From contig CBDCDS010000003.1 of NCBI GenBank assembly GCA_965215365.1, positions 2,208,001 to 2,272,000 on the forward strand: a stretch of 64,000 bases of DNA, read 5' to 3'. Of the stretch, positions 31,738-42,347 are shown one piece after another (within the stretch, counting starts at the first letter, position 1; each line of letters begins with the position of its first letter). Made by a program: the position numbers and the translations under genes. A model generated the notes under the pieces. It did no database searches. It saw only the letters and a program-made list of their open reading frames with translations, and had not been told where the DNA came from. This DNA is from Gammaproteobacteria bacterium. Its GTDB lineage: Bacteria; Pseudomonadota; Gammaproteobacteria; Eutrophobiales; Eutrophobiaceae.

Positions 31738-32208
31738 CTACCAGCGGTAATGGGAAAAAGCCTTGTTGGCTTCGGCCATTCTATGGGTGTCTTCCTTCTT
31801 TTTAATGGCGGTTCCCTTGTTCTCCGAGGCATCCATGATTTCCCCCGCCAGACGCATACCCATGCTTTTCTCGCCGCGCTTTTTGGATGCATCCACCAGC
31901 CAGCGCATCGCCAGGGTCATACTGCGCTCGGCGCGCACTTCTATGGGTATCTGGTAGGTAGCACCGCCGACGCGCCTTGATTTTACCTCGACAACGGGTT
32001 TTACGTTGTCCAGGGCTTGTATGAATATCTCCAGGGAATCCGCCTTTTGTTTGGCGCTGACCTGGTCCAGGGCACCGTAAACGATCTTTTCGGCAATGGA
32101 TTTCTTGCCACTGCGCATGACCATATTGATAAATTTTGCCAGTACCGTGTTGTGGTATTTCGGGTCCGGCAAAATCTCCCTTTTTTCGGCTTCTCTTCTT
32201 CTGGACAT
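31738..32208 (-). CDS. rpsG: 30S ribosomal protein S7
   Basis: [10 protein letters not shown]...[13 protein letters not shown]. Confidence 0.98.
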   Translation of the reverse strand: MSRRREAEKREILPDPKYHNTVLAKFINMVMRSGKKSIAEKIVYGALDQVSAKQKADSLEIFIQALDNVKPVVEVKSRRVGGATYQIPIEVRAERSMTLAMRWLVDASKKRGEKSMGMRLAGEIMDASENKGTAIKKKEDTHRMAEANKAFSHYRW

Positions 32209-32228
32209 GATGCTGGTCTCTGTTCCTG

Positions 32229-32603
32229 TTACGCCTTGGGCTTCTTGGCGCCGTACTTGGAACGACGCTGACGTCGCTCAGCCACGCCTGAGGTATCCAG
32301 GGTGCCCCTGACCGTATGGTAACGCACGCCCGGCAGGTCCTTTACTCTGCCGCCACGAATCAGGATAACCGAGTGCTCCTGCAGGTTATGTCCCTCGCCA
32401 CCGATATAGGTGGTGACCTCATAACCATTGGTCAGGCGTACCCGGGCCACCTTGCGCAGGGCCGAGTTGGGCTTTTTCGGCGTGGTGGTATATACGCGGG
32501 TACACACCCCGCGCTTCTGCGGACAGCTGTCCAGCGCCGGAACATTGCTCTTTACTCGCTGCCGTTTTCTCGGCTTGCGCACCAGTTGGCTAATTGTAGT
32601 CAT
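32229..32603 (-). CDS. rpsL: 30S ribosomal protein S12
   Basis: [11 protein letters not shown]; [10 protein letters not shown]. Confidence 0.98.
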   Translation of the reverse strand: MTTISQLVRKPRKRQRVKSNVPALDSCPQKRGVCTRVYTTTPKKPNSALRKVARVRLTNGYEVTTYIGGEGHNLQEHSVILIRGGRVKDLPGVRYHTVRGTLDTSGVAERRQRRSKYGAKKPKA

Positions 32604-32835
32604 AACACCTTGGACCGTGTAAGTGGTCGTCAACCCTGTTGCATTATGTGGTTAGCAGCACTACAGGGGGGGGGAGCACCGCGAGGCACTCTCACAAATA
32701 AAAAAACAACCGCAATAACGGTCGTTTTCTAGCCCCTCAAAGGCAGGTCGGACACCCGTCCCCGGCAACTTCCCAAAAAGAATCGGGAGTATAATTCCCT
32801 TTTTATCAGTATGTCAAGAAGAAAATCACACACTC

Positions 32836-32941
32836 GACATCTGCTCCAACGACAAGTAGCATAACCTTTTGAGAGTGGAGCTGAGATCATGCCGGTAACA
32901 GGCGCTTGACATCTGCTCCAACGACAAGTAGCATAACCTTT
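32836..32941 (+). promoter_or_regulatory. Duplicated 34-bp segment containing a sigma70 promoter
   Basis: GACATCTGCTCCAACGACAAGTAGCATAACCTTT at 32836-32869 and 32908-32941; the second copy reads TTGACA-17 nt-TAGCAT. Confidence 0.65.
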
Positions 32942-32952
32942 CCCTGCTATCT

Positions 32953-33120
32953 TAAGGGAACCTCTAAAAATACCCTCCGTGGTATTTTTGCTGTGTAAGT
33001 TTTGCAGATTTACATACTGTCGGGGTGTGCAGCGCCCCGATCATGAGGGTTTAGAGACGGAAATGAAGCAGTATATCCTTATGCTGCACGGCCACCTCGT
33101 GTTTGTGAGAGGCGACCTTA
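32953..33120. repeat. MITE-like repeat followed by the dispersed hairpin repeat
   Basis: 32953-33060 shares ...TTTACATACnGnCGGGGTGTGCAG...GAGGGTTTAGAG with 50638-50830; 33068-33120 is near-identical to 49357-49409. Confidence 0.75.
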
Positions 33121-33136
33121 AGCGAGGAGCGATAAG

Positions 33137-33478
33137 ATGATGCTGAAACACCTATCTGAGTGGGCGCCGATGGTCGCCTTGCTGCTGACCATCGCCGGCC
33201 TGCAAATGACGTTAAACCATAACCTGCGCGCGGATCTGCGCGCGGACATCGGTCGCCTGGACGCGGGCCAGCGGGCGCTCGCCGAGCAGGTCGCCGGTGT
33301 GCGCGAGCGGCTCGCGGCCCTGGAGATTCGCGTAGGACAAATCGAGACTCGCGTAGGACAAATCGAGACTCGCGTGGGACGAATCGAGACTCGCGTAGGA
33401 CAAATCGAGACTCGCGTAGGACAAATCGAGACTCGCGTGGGCCAAATCGAAGCGCGCTTAATGAAAAAACAGTCATGA
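33137..33478 (+). CDS. Membrane-anchored coiled-coil protein with heptad repeats (ETRVGQI)x6
   Basis: RBS GAGGAG; N-terminal hydrophobic helix; six 21-bp tandem repeats at 33323-33448. Confidence 0.8.
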   Translation: MMLKHLSEWAPMVALLLTIAGLQMTLNHNLRADLRADIGRLDAGQRALAEQVAGVRERLAALEIRVGQIETRVGQIETRVGRIETRVGQIETRVGQIETRVGQIEARLMKKQS

Positions 33479-33789
33479 ACGCCATTATCAGCACGCTGTT
33501 CGACCGCCTGCCCGACCTCATCAATCTGGCTGTACTTATCATTGTCTGCGTTCTGTTCACCCGCATCGGCGACTTAAAGGACAGCATCGACAAACGCTTC
33601 GATGATATGAACAAACGCTTCCATGATTTGAAAGAAAGCATCGACAAGCGCTTCCATGATATGAACAGGCGTATCGATGATCAGAAAGATGACATCAAAG
33701 CGCTGAGCCAAAAAGTAGATACTCTGTCAGGTCAGGTGCATCGGATTGAAGGACATCTGGGCCTGCCCCGCACTGGCACGGATGGTTGA
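33475..33789 (+). CDS. Membrane-anchored coiled-coil protein with 18-aa repeats
   Basis: ATGA overlap with the upstream gene; TM LAVLIIVCVLF; DLK(D/E)SIDKRF(D/H)DMN repeated twice. Confidence 0.8.
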   Translation: MNAIISTLFDRLPDLINLAVLIIVCVLFTRIGDLKDSIDKRFDDMNKRFHDLKESIDKRFHDMNRRIDDQKDDIKALSQKVDTLSGQVHRIEGHLGLPRTGTDG

Positions 33790-33881
33790 GGCAGCAGGCA
33801 ACTTTTCTTTTTATCTCACTGAAAAAAATACCAAAAAAGTAAAAAACCCGCTTGACAAACTCGGAGGAAATGCCATAATGA

Positions 33882-33945
33882 ACAGCCGCACAGCCGCACA
33901 GCCGCACAGCCGCACAGCCGCACAGCCGCACAGCCGCACAGCCGC
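33882..33945 (+). repeat. Simple sequence repeat (ACAGCCGC)x8 right after a candidate start codon
   Basis: Eight perfect units beginning just after ATG 33878; GGAGG at 33863-33867. Confidence 0.95.
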
Positions 33946-36900
33946 GTAAGCGCATCTTCGGCGCGCCGCCACCCGCGTGCCTGCTTCTCCGCTCACCATA
34001 GCGTCTCCCCGGTTCGTCATACCGGCTCCCCGGTTCGCCATGCCGGCCCCTCAGTGCGTCATGCCGGGCTTGGCCCGGCATCCAGTGAGCAACCTTTACC
34101 TTATCATGCTGACCGCAGACCGCCACCGTCGCGCGCAGGTCTGTCCGCCCCGCGCCGCGGCCTCCGCCCGACCCTCGCCGCCGCCCTGCTCGCCCTGCCG
34201 CTGCTGGCCGTCCTCGCGCCGTCCGCGCAGGCGCAGACCACGACCTTGTCCGCCGGCGCCGTGGAAGGCAGTGACGTCAATCAGGAATCCGAAGTCGCCA
34301 CCCCCGCCGCTCTATTTGTGACGGTGACGCCGTTGGCGGCGAGCGTGTCGCTCAGGAACTGCTTCACCAGCTCCCTGTCGACCCCCAGCTTCGTGGTGGA
34401 CCGGGGACGCACCAACCTGACGCTCGACGGCAGCGGCTGCGTCGATCTGACGGGCGACGGAAGCAGCACAACCCAGTTCAGCTTCTCCGTCTATGGAACA
34501 GCGGACACCACCGACGAGCCCGACGAGTTGGTGACGCTGACGATCAGCGAGGATCCCGATAACCTGCTCCCGACCGGGTTCAGCATCGACTCCAATGCCA
34601 ACAGCGCCTTCGTCACCATCCGCGACGACGATCCGACCCTGGTCGAACTCGCCCGCGCGGGCACGGGCGCGGTGCGCGAGGGCGGAACGGTCGAGTTCAC
34701 GGTGACGCTGGGCCGCGACCTCGTGGCGGGCGAGGCGATCGATGTGCCGTTGTCGATCGGCGGGACGGATGTGGACACGGACGACTGGAGCCTGGCGCTG
34801 AAGACCGGGGCGGGGCTGAACACGGGCGTGGCGCTGAGCGGCGAGACCACGGCGACGCCGCAGCTGGCCTTTTCGGGGGGGGCGGCGCGGACTGCGACGC
34901 TGACGCTGACGGCCCTGCTCGACGACGACGCCGGCGCGGAGACGCTGGTGGTCGCGCTCGGGCCGGACGATGCGACGGCGAACGGCTTCGACCGGGACGG
35001 GCTCGCGACCAACGTGGGCGGCGGGGCCGATCCATCGCCGACCGCCAATCGCTTCGAGGTGACGGTGAACGACCCGCCTGCCCCGGCCGCGCCCGCGGGC
35101 TTCGCCGCCGCGGCGGGCGACAGCGAGGCCGTCCTGAGCTGGACCGACCCCTCCAATGCCGCGATCGACGGCTACCAGTTCCGCCAGCGCACGCCGCCGA
35201 CCACCGGCAGGTGGGGCAGTTGGACGGCGATTGCTTCCAGTACCGCTACGACCACCACCCACACGGTCACCGGCCTGACCAACGGCACGGCTTATGGCTT
35301 TGAGGTACGCGCGGTGTCCGGGGGGGTGGCCGGCGCGGACTCGTCCGAGGCCACCGCCACGCCGACGGCCGCCACCGCCGGCGTGACCACGGCGCAGCCC
35401 ACCGACAGGCAGGTGACCGAGGGCAGCACCACGGACACGGCCACCTTCACGGTGGCACTGAGCACCCGGCCGTCGGACACCGTCGCGGTCACCGTCACCG
35501 CCCCCGCCGGGCTGGAGCTCGCCGGCCCGGGCGGCAGCACGTTCAGCGGCAGCGCGTCGCTCGCTTTCACCGCCTCGACCTGGAACGCAGCGCAGACGGT
35601 GACGATGCGCGCCACCGACGACAGCACCGACAGCCCGCTCGGCCGGGAACTGTCCGTTACCTACCGCACATCCTCCCGGGACCGCAGCTACCACAGCCTC
35701 AGCGGCACGGCGGCCACCGTCACGGTGGTGGACAACGATCCGACCACGGTGACGCTCGCGGGCGCCGCCGGGGATGTCGCCGAGGGCGCAACGAAGACCT
35801 TCACCGTCATCTTAGGCCGCGGCCTGGTGAACGGCGAGACGCTGGCAGTGCCGCTGACCTTCGGCGGCGCCGCCACGCGCGGCACGGACTACACCACGGC
35901 CTGCCCGACGACCCTGCCGACCGGGGTGACCTGTGCGAACCTGGACTCCGGGAACGCCGCGGTGACCTTCACCGGGCCGAGCACGGGGACGACGGCGACG
36001 CAGGTGACCCTGACCTTGACGGCGGCGACGGACAGCACCGCCGAGACGGGCGGCGAGACGGTGGACATCGACCTCGGCACGCTGAACGCGAATTCCGGCA
36101 CCGGCCTCGAGGGCGGCGCTTCGGGCACCGACAACTTAGCGGACTTTAGCATCACTGACGGCTCGACGGTGGCCTTCGCCTCGGGCTCGACGGCGGTGAC
36201 GGTGGCCGAGGGCGATGATGATGAGGTCGTGCTCACGCTGACCCTGTCGGCGGCGCGCAGTGCGGCGACGGCGGTGCGGCTCATCGCAGTCGGCACTACC
36301 GCGAGCCAGCATGCGGACTTCACGGGTGGCCCGTACACGGTCAATTTTCCGGCAGGGGACACCACGGCGCCGCTGACCATCGCCATCGTGGACGATAACG
36401 TGCCCGAGGAGAGCGAGGCGTTCGGAGTGACCATAGTCGCCCTGGGCCTCCCCGCCGGGGTGTCGGTGGGCACGCCCAGCGAGGCGACCGTCACCATCCG
36501 CGACGATGACCAGCCCCACCCGGCCCCCACCGGCCTGACGGCGACGGCGGGCGCGGGGTCGGTGGCGCTCGCCTGGCGCTATACGCCGCCCGCCCCGCCC
36601 GCCGTCGACCGCACTGCCGACTTCCAGTACCGCCAGGGCACCGGCACGACAGTCGTCTGGGGCGCCTGGACGACTATCCCCGGCAGTGACGCCGACACGA
36701 GAAGCCACACGGTGAGGGGCCTGACCGGCACCACCGAGTACGCCTTCGAGGTGCGGGCGCGGTCGCGGCCGGGGGGCGGGTTCAGGTCGGGCCAATCCTC
36801 GGCCACAGTGCGCGCCACCCCCTTAGCCGGCCTCGCCGACAACGTACGCGCCTGGGCGGCCGAGAGCGGCTGCGGCACGGCCTGTGCCATGCGCTGGAAG

Positions 36901-38046
36901 CGGGTACTCAAGGCGCTGGGGCAGACCGATGCGGACTTAGAGATGCTCACGCCGCTGAGCTACGGCGAGGCGGTGGTACTGACCGTCACCGACAGCGCAC
37001 AGCGCACCCGCTGGGAGACGGTGGCCGCCGAGCTGGGCGCGCGCGAGGCTAAGCGGGTCGTGCTGACCATCGCCGCCGCCCCGCCCGGGCCGCTGACCGA
37101 GGGCGCCACGGTGACGTTCACACTGACCGCGGCGGTAGCGCCGTCGGTGAGTCTGGTCGGTTTGTTTGTGCAAATCACAGAGGCGTCGGGGAGTGATTTT
37201 CTCGCCGCTGAGGACGAGGGTCTCCGGCGGCTGCCACTCAATGCCGGGGAGACCTCAGCGACATTGGCGTCAAGACTGTCGATGACGACACAGACGAGCC
37301 CAACGGGATGCTCACGGCAAGGATACTGGCACTGCCGGCGCTCTATACGGTAGGCAGCCCGGCGGCGGTGTCGGTAGCTATCACTGACAACGACGCGCCC
37401 GGCGCGGTGAGCCCACCCCCGGCTGCCCCGGCCGCCCCGACGGGTCTGACGGCCACACCCGGCACCGGGCAGGTTGTGTTGCGCTGGAGCGCCCCGAGCA
37501 ACAATGCCATCACCGGCTATGAGTACCGCTGGCGCACTCCGCCGGGCAGCGGCCCCTGGGGCGGTTGGACGGCGATTGCCAACAGTGGTGCGACCACCAC
37601 CACCCACACGGTGACGGGTCTGACTAACGCTACCGCCTACGGCTTTGAGATTCGCGCCGTGGCCGGGACGGTAATCGGCGCCGCCTCAGCCGAGGTGAGG
37701 GCAACACCGACGGCGGGCGCGCCGGTGTTGCCGGCGCTGAGCGTCACGGCCGGGGCGAACATCACCGAGGGCGCGGACGCGACCTTCACTGTGACGGCCG
37801 TCCCACCCCCGGCGGCACCGCTGGCGGCGGCCTTGACGGTGGCCCAGCGCGGCGAGTTTGCCAGGCCCGGGCAGCTCGGTGCGCGCACGGTGACGGTGCC
37901 GACCGGTGGCACCACCACGGTGACGGTGAGCACGGTGAACGATGCCACCGCCGAGGCGGCCGGCGAAATCACGCTCACGGTAGGCGCCGGCAACGGCTAC
38001 ACCGTGGCCACGGCCACGGCCACGGTGACGGTGACCGACAACGACA

Positions 38047-38210
38047 CCCCACCCCCCGCTACGCCCACCACGCCCACCACCCCGGCTACGCCCACCACCC
38101 CGGCTACACCCACCACGCCCACCACCCCGGCTACGCCCACCACGCCCCCTGCCAACGACGGCGGCGGCGGTGGTGGCAGCAGCAGCAGTGGCGGCGGCGG
38201 CGGTGGCAGC
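38047..38210 (+). repeat. Pro/Thr-rich and Gly/Ser coding linker repeats
   Basis: ACGCCCACCACCCCGGCT-like units encoding TPTTPA, followed by GGC/AGC runs. Confidence 0.8.
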
Positions 38211-40378
38211 CCGGCAGCGGCCGCATCCGGCACGGCGGCGGTGACCGTCACCCCGCCCGGCGCACTGCGCGTGGCGGTGGCGGACGCTGCGGCCACGCCC
38301 GATACCGATGAGGGCCGTGTCAGTTATCAGCTCAAACTGTCGCGCCGCCCTGCCGGTACGGTGCTCATCACGCCGGTGAGCTCAGATTCGGCCCTTGCCA
38401 CGGTCAGCGCGCCGCTGCAAATTACTCCGGCCAACTGGACCGCACCGCACCTCGTGACCGTGACCGGCGTGCGCGCCGGGCGGGTGGGCATTACCCACCG
38501 CCTGCGCGGCGGCGGCTATGACGGCGTCCCCATCCCGGAGGTGACGGTCATCGTCGGCGATGGCGGCGCCGACCCACGCAAACACCGACCGGCGGAGCCG
38601 GCGGCTGAGACCGATTCGGCGCCGGGTGCCGACTCCGAGCCGGCCCCGGCCGCGGCCACTGAGACACCCCCTGAGGCGGGTGCTGACGCCACCCCGGCGG
38701 CGACCGAAACCACGCCTGCGACCTCCGCTGAGGCCGGCACCGACACAACCCCGGCACCGGACGCGACCCCAGACGCGACCCCCGCCGTCACCCCGGACGC
38801 AGCTCCGATCCCGGCGGCGACCGAGGCCACGCCCGACCCCGCCCCGGCCGCCGAGCCGGTCGCCCCGGCGCCACTGCCGAGCGGGGCGTTAGCAGCGCTG
38901 GCGCGCAGTCACTTAAATGGTGCGCGCGCCGTGCTGGGGGCGCGTTCAGACGCCGAGACGCAGACCCATAACCACCTCACCTTGGCCGGGCGCACCCTGT
39001 CATGGGAAGCACTGTGGGGCGCTGCCGGTGCTGGCGCCTTCGGTCATGCGGTCGACCCGATAGCACTGAGCCCGGCACTGGCCCACGCGCGCCCCTGGGC
39101 TGATGCCACCGGGCGTTGTGCCTCCTGGACGACCGCCGCCTGCGGCATGGACTTAAGCGCACAGGCCCGTGCCACGAATACCGGCGCTGCGGGTCTGTGG
39201 GAGACGCTGACCTACCAGTTGCTGAGCGGGCAGTTACGCGCCGGCGGGTTAGACCGTGCCTTATGGCAGGACAGTGGCTTTGCCCTGACTTTAAGCCGGA
39301 CGGATGAGGACGGTGCCGGCGCCGGGCGCCGTTGGACGCTGTGGGGGCAAGGTCACGTCCACGCGGTCGCCGCCCTGCCGGCGCACTCCGGCTTAAATAC
39401 CGAGCTGCGCACCGGCTGGGTGGGCTTAGACACCCCTATCGGTGACAGCGCCCGACTGGGTCTGGCCTTATCACGAGAACAAGACCCCAACGGGCTGGCC
39501 GCCGTGCACCCGTACCTGTCCTGGTCTCATGGCACCACCCGCATCCATGCGCTGGGCGGCTTCGGGCGCAGCACCGGGTATGATAGCCCGAGCCCGGGCG
39601 CAGCACCGGCGCCGGCACAAGACGGTAGCATAGTGCCGGATTCCTACCCGCTGGGGCTGACTATGGGCGTCGTGGAAGTGGCACACCCGTTAGGTCACTT
39701 CGCCGGCATGATCTTAGATGTACGCGCCGATTCGTCCTGGGCGCGCTTAGCGCGCTTAGACGATGCCGGCCACACCTTGCAAGCCGAGACGGTGCGCACC
39801 GTGCGTATCGGGCTGGCCGCCGGCGGGCAGTTGCCACCCTGGTCGGCGCACCCGGAGCTCACCTTAAGCCCGTCATTGGCACTGCACGGGCGCACCGACA
39901 CCGGCACCGGGCAGTCCGGGCAGGCGCTGGAGCTCGCCGGCGGACTGGACAGTACCCACGGTCTGTGGCAGCTGACGGTCAAGGGGCGCCTGCTGGCTAT
40001 GCCGGGTGCGACCGGCTATCGCGAACGGGGGTTGCGCTTAGCGGTATCCCGGCGCACCCCCGGCCCGGCGGGCACGAGCTTCAGTGTCGAGTCCCGCTGG
40101 GGCGATGATGCCGGTGCCACCGATACGCTGTGGGCCGAGCGTCTGCACGAGCGGCGCGCCCTGAGCACCCGCCCCACCTGGGCGCTGGAAGTGCGCGCCG
40201 GGCACGGCTGGCGCTTGCCCGGCGGCGCTCAGCTGCGCGGTGCGCTCAGCTTAGGTCACGCCGGGCGCGGCGCCGATGCCCTGCTGACCTTGCAACTGAG
40301 CCCCGGCGCAGCGCCACCGCCCCCAATCTCCGAGCGCCCCGCCGGGGCGCCGGCACCCACCGCAACAGGAGGCACGCT

Positions 40379-42304
40379 ATGACGATTGCCTACGAACGTC
40401 CCGGGCAAGACGCCCCGGCTGGCGTTGACACTCCTTACACCCTGGCCGTGGGCGCACGCTTTCGCGGCCTGATTGCCACGCGCACCGATGCCGACTGGGT
40501 ACGGGTAGAGTTAACCGCCGGGGAGACCTACACCATGACCTTAGGCGGCATTGGCCCGGGGCCGGCCGGCGATACGGTGCTCACGCTGTACGATAACACC
40601 GGCGCGCAGGTAGCCCGTAACGATGATGTCAACTTCAGCGCCGGGGAGACCCACTCGCAGCTGACGTTTAGGCCCAATACCGATGGGATATATTACCTGC
40701 AAGCCGCAGTCTATACCCGTAACCCGACCCACGACCATGCCGGGCGCTATGAGCTGCGCCTGTATGATAGCGGCGCCTTCACGGCACGCCGGCTCACCGG
40801 CAGTGCTGAGGACGACCGTCTGCCGGCCGGCGACAGTGCCGGCCCCGGCGATGACACCTTGGACGGCGGCGGTGGCGATGACACCTTAGCCGGCGGCCCC
40901 GGCGGTGACAGGCTCATTGGCGGGCCCGGCAGTGACACCGCCTGGTACGGCGACTCCGGCGCTGGGGTGAGCATACGCTTAGAGACCGGCCGCGCACAGG
41001 GCGGGCACGCGACCGGTGACAGCTTCGGGGTGCAACGCATCACTGTTATCGATGCCGTCGGGCAGACCCGCGTGCGCAATGTCCCGGATGTTGAGAACCT
41101 CATTGGCTCAGCACATAGTGATGTGCTCATCGGTAATGCCTTGCCCAATGACTTAGACGGGGGCGAGGGCACTGATACCTTAGACGGTCGGGATGGCAAT
41201 GACTGGCTCACCGGCGGCCCTGGCGCTGATGTACTGCGCGGCGGGCCGGGCTTCGATGCGGTGAGCTACGCCGCCTCCCCGGCCGGGGTGACGGTGAACC
41301 TCACCAGCGGGCAGGCTGTCGGCGGGGACGCCGAGGGTGATACCTTCCCCGGGCGTCAGCTCGTCACCTGGACGGATGCCGCCGGGGGGGTGCGCAGTGG
41401 TCGGGTGGCCGACATTGAATACTTAGACGGCTCGGAGCATGACGACATTCTAATCGGCGCCTCCGGGGCCGATCGCCTTGAAGGGCGGGGCGGGGACGAC
41501 CGCCTTGCAGGGCGCGCCGGGGATGACCGCCTCGAAGGCGAGGCCGGGGCGGATGTGCTCAGCGGGGGTGAGGGTCAGGACACCGCCTCGTATCGCTACT
41601 CCGATGCCGGTGTCATCGTGCGCCTGCACAGCGGGCAGGCGCACGGCGGTCATGCCGAGGGCGATACCTTCACCCCGGTGGCGGGGATGACGGAGGGCGA
41701 GGCGCTGTTGGACATCGAGCACTTACACGGCTCGGACTACCACGACATCTTAGCCGGGGACGGGCGCGACAACACCTTAACCGGCGGCGCTGGCAACGAC
41801 ACCCTCTACGGCGGCCCGGCGGGCGGCGATGACACCCTGCACGGCGGGGCTGGCAATGACCGGCTGTTCGGTGGCAAGGGCAACGATACCCTGCACGGCG
41901 GGGACGGCCACGACACTCTGCGCGGCAACCTCGGCGAGGATACCCTGCGCGGCGGGGATGGTAATGATACCTTGCACGGCGGGGATGGTAATGATACCTT
42001 GCACGGCGGTGCCGGCGCTGACACCCTCACCGGCGGGGACGGCAACGATACCTTCATCTTCACCCCCGGCGCCGGCCACGACACCGTCACCGACTTCGGG
42101 CGCGGGGACGACCGCATTGACCTGAGCGCCTTCGCCGACCTCAGCACCGTCAGCGACTTAACCTTACAACCCGGCCCGCAGGGCCTCGTCATCGACTTCA
42201 CCGGGCACGGCGGCGGCACCCTCACTCTCACCGGCATAGCACAGGACGACCTTAGCGACAGTAGCTTCCTCTTCGCCGGCGCCGATGCCATGCTGCTGGG
42301 CTGA
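40379..42304 (+). CDS. RTX Ca-binding repeat protein with an N-terminal PPC-like domain
   Basis: RBS CAGGAGG; ATGA overlap with the adhesin stop; DADWVRVELTAGETY...DTVLTLYD; many GGxGNDTL nonapeptides; DTVTDF..GDDRIDLS C-terminal motif. Confidence 0.88.
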   Translation: MTIAYERPGQDAPAGVDTPYTLAVGARFRGLIATRTDADWVRVELTAGETYTMTLGGIGPGPAGDTVLTLYDNTGAQVARNDDVNFSAGETHSQLTFRPNTDGIYYLQAAVYTRNPTHDHAGRYELRLYDSGAFTARRLTGSAEDDRLPAGDSAGPGDDTLDGGGGDDTLAGGPGGDRLIGGPGSDTAWYGDSGAGVSIRLETGRAQGGHATGDSFGVQRITVIDAVGQTRVRNVPDVENLIGSAHSDVLIGNALPNDLDGGEGTDTLDGRDGNDWLTGGPGADVLRGGPGFDAVSYAASPAGVTVNLTSGQAVGGDAEGDTFPGRQLVTWTDAAGGVRSGRVADIEYLDGSEHDDILIGASGADRLEGRGGDDRLAGRAGDDRLEGEAGADVLSGGEGQDTASYRYSDAGVIVRLHSGQAHGGHAEGDTFTPVAGMTEGEALLDIEHLHGSDYHDILAGDGRDNTLTGGAGNDTLYGGPAGGDDTLHGGAGNDRLFGGKGNDTLHGGDGHDTLRGNLGEDTLRGGDGNDTLHGGDGNDTLHGGAGADTLTGGDGNDTFIFTPGAGHDTVTDFGRGDDRIDLSAFADLSTVSDLTLQPGPQGLVIDFTGHGGGTLTLTGIAQDDLSDSSFLFAGADAMLLG

Positions 42305-42347
42305 GGTGCTGGAATTATAAGCTGGTAGCGCACACACCGGAAACGTC

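Larger units (their letters stand above)
33878..40382 (+). pseudogene. Giant adhesin (Calx-beta-like + fibronectin type III, PT/GS linkers, C-terminal autotransporter-like beta region), split by frameshifts
   Basis: ORFs 34054-37353 and 37308-40382; signal peptide LAAALLALPLLAVLAPSAQA; VTIRDDD motifs; three FN3 units (HTVxGLT...YxFEVRA); one-base frameshift near 37268 joins ...TLA to VKTVDDDTDEPNG... Confidence 0.8.

Noticed and set aside
32229-32603. Streptomycin-resistance alleles in rpsL
   Set aside because: The K43 and K88 regions (PKKPNS, RVKDLP) look wild type.
32836-32941. Possible mini CRISPR array (34-bp repeat, 38-bp spacer)
   Set aside because: Only two repeats, no palindrome or typical GAAA(C/G) end, no cas genes in the window, and the repeat matches a sigma70 promoter layout.
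33323-33448. 21-bp repeats as CRISPR or iterons
   Set aside because: They are directly tandem without spacers and encode in-frame heptads of a coiled coil.
34312-35694. Long antisense ORFs (this 460-aa one and others such as 57220-58197 and 62888-63886)
   Set aside because: Shadow ORFs of GC-rich genes on the opposite strand, with no recognisable motifs.
40130-40378. N-terminal extension of the RTX ORF from the ORF track
   Set aside because: It overlaps the upstream gene; the RBS and ATGA coupling support a start at 40379.
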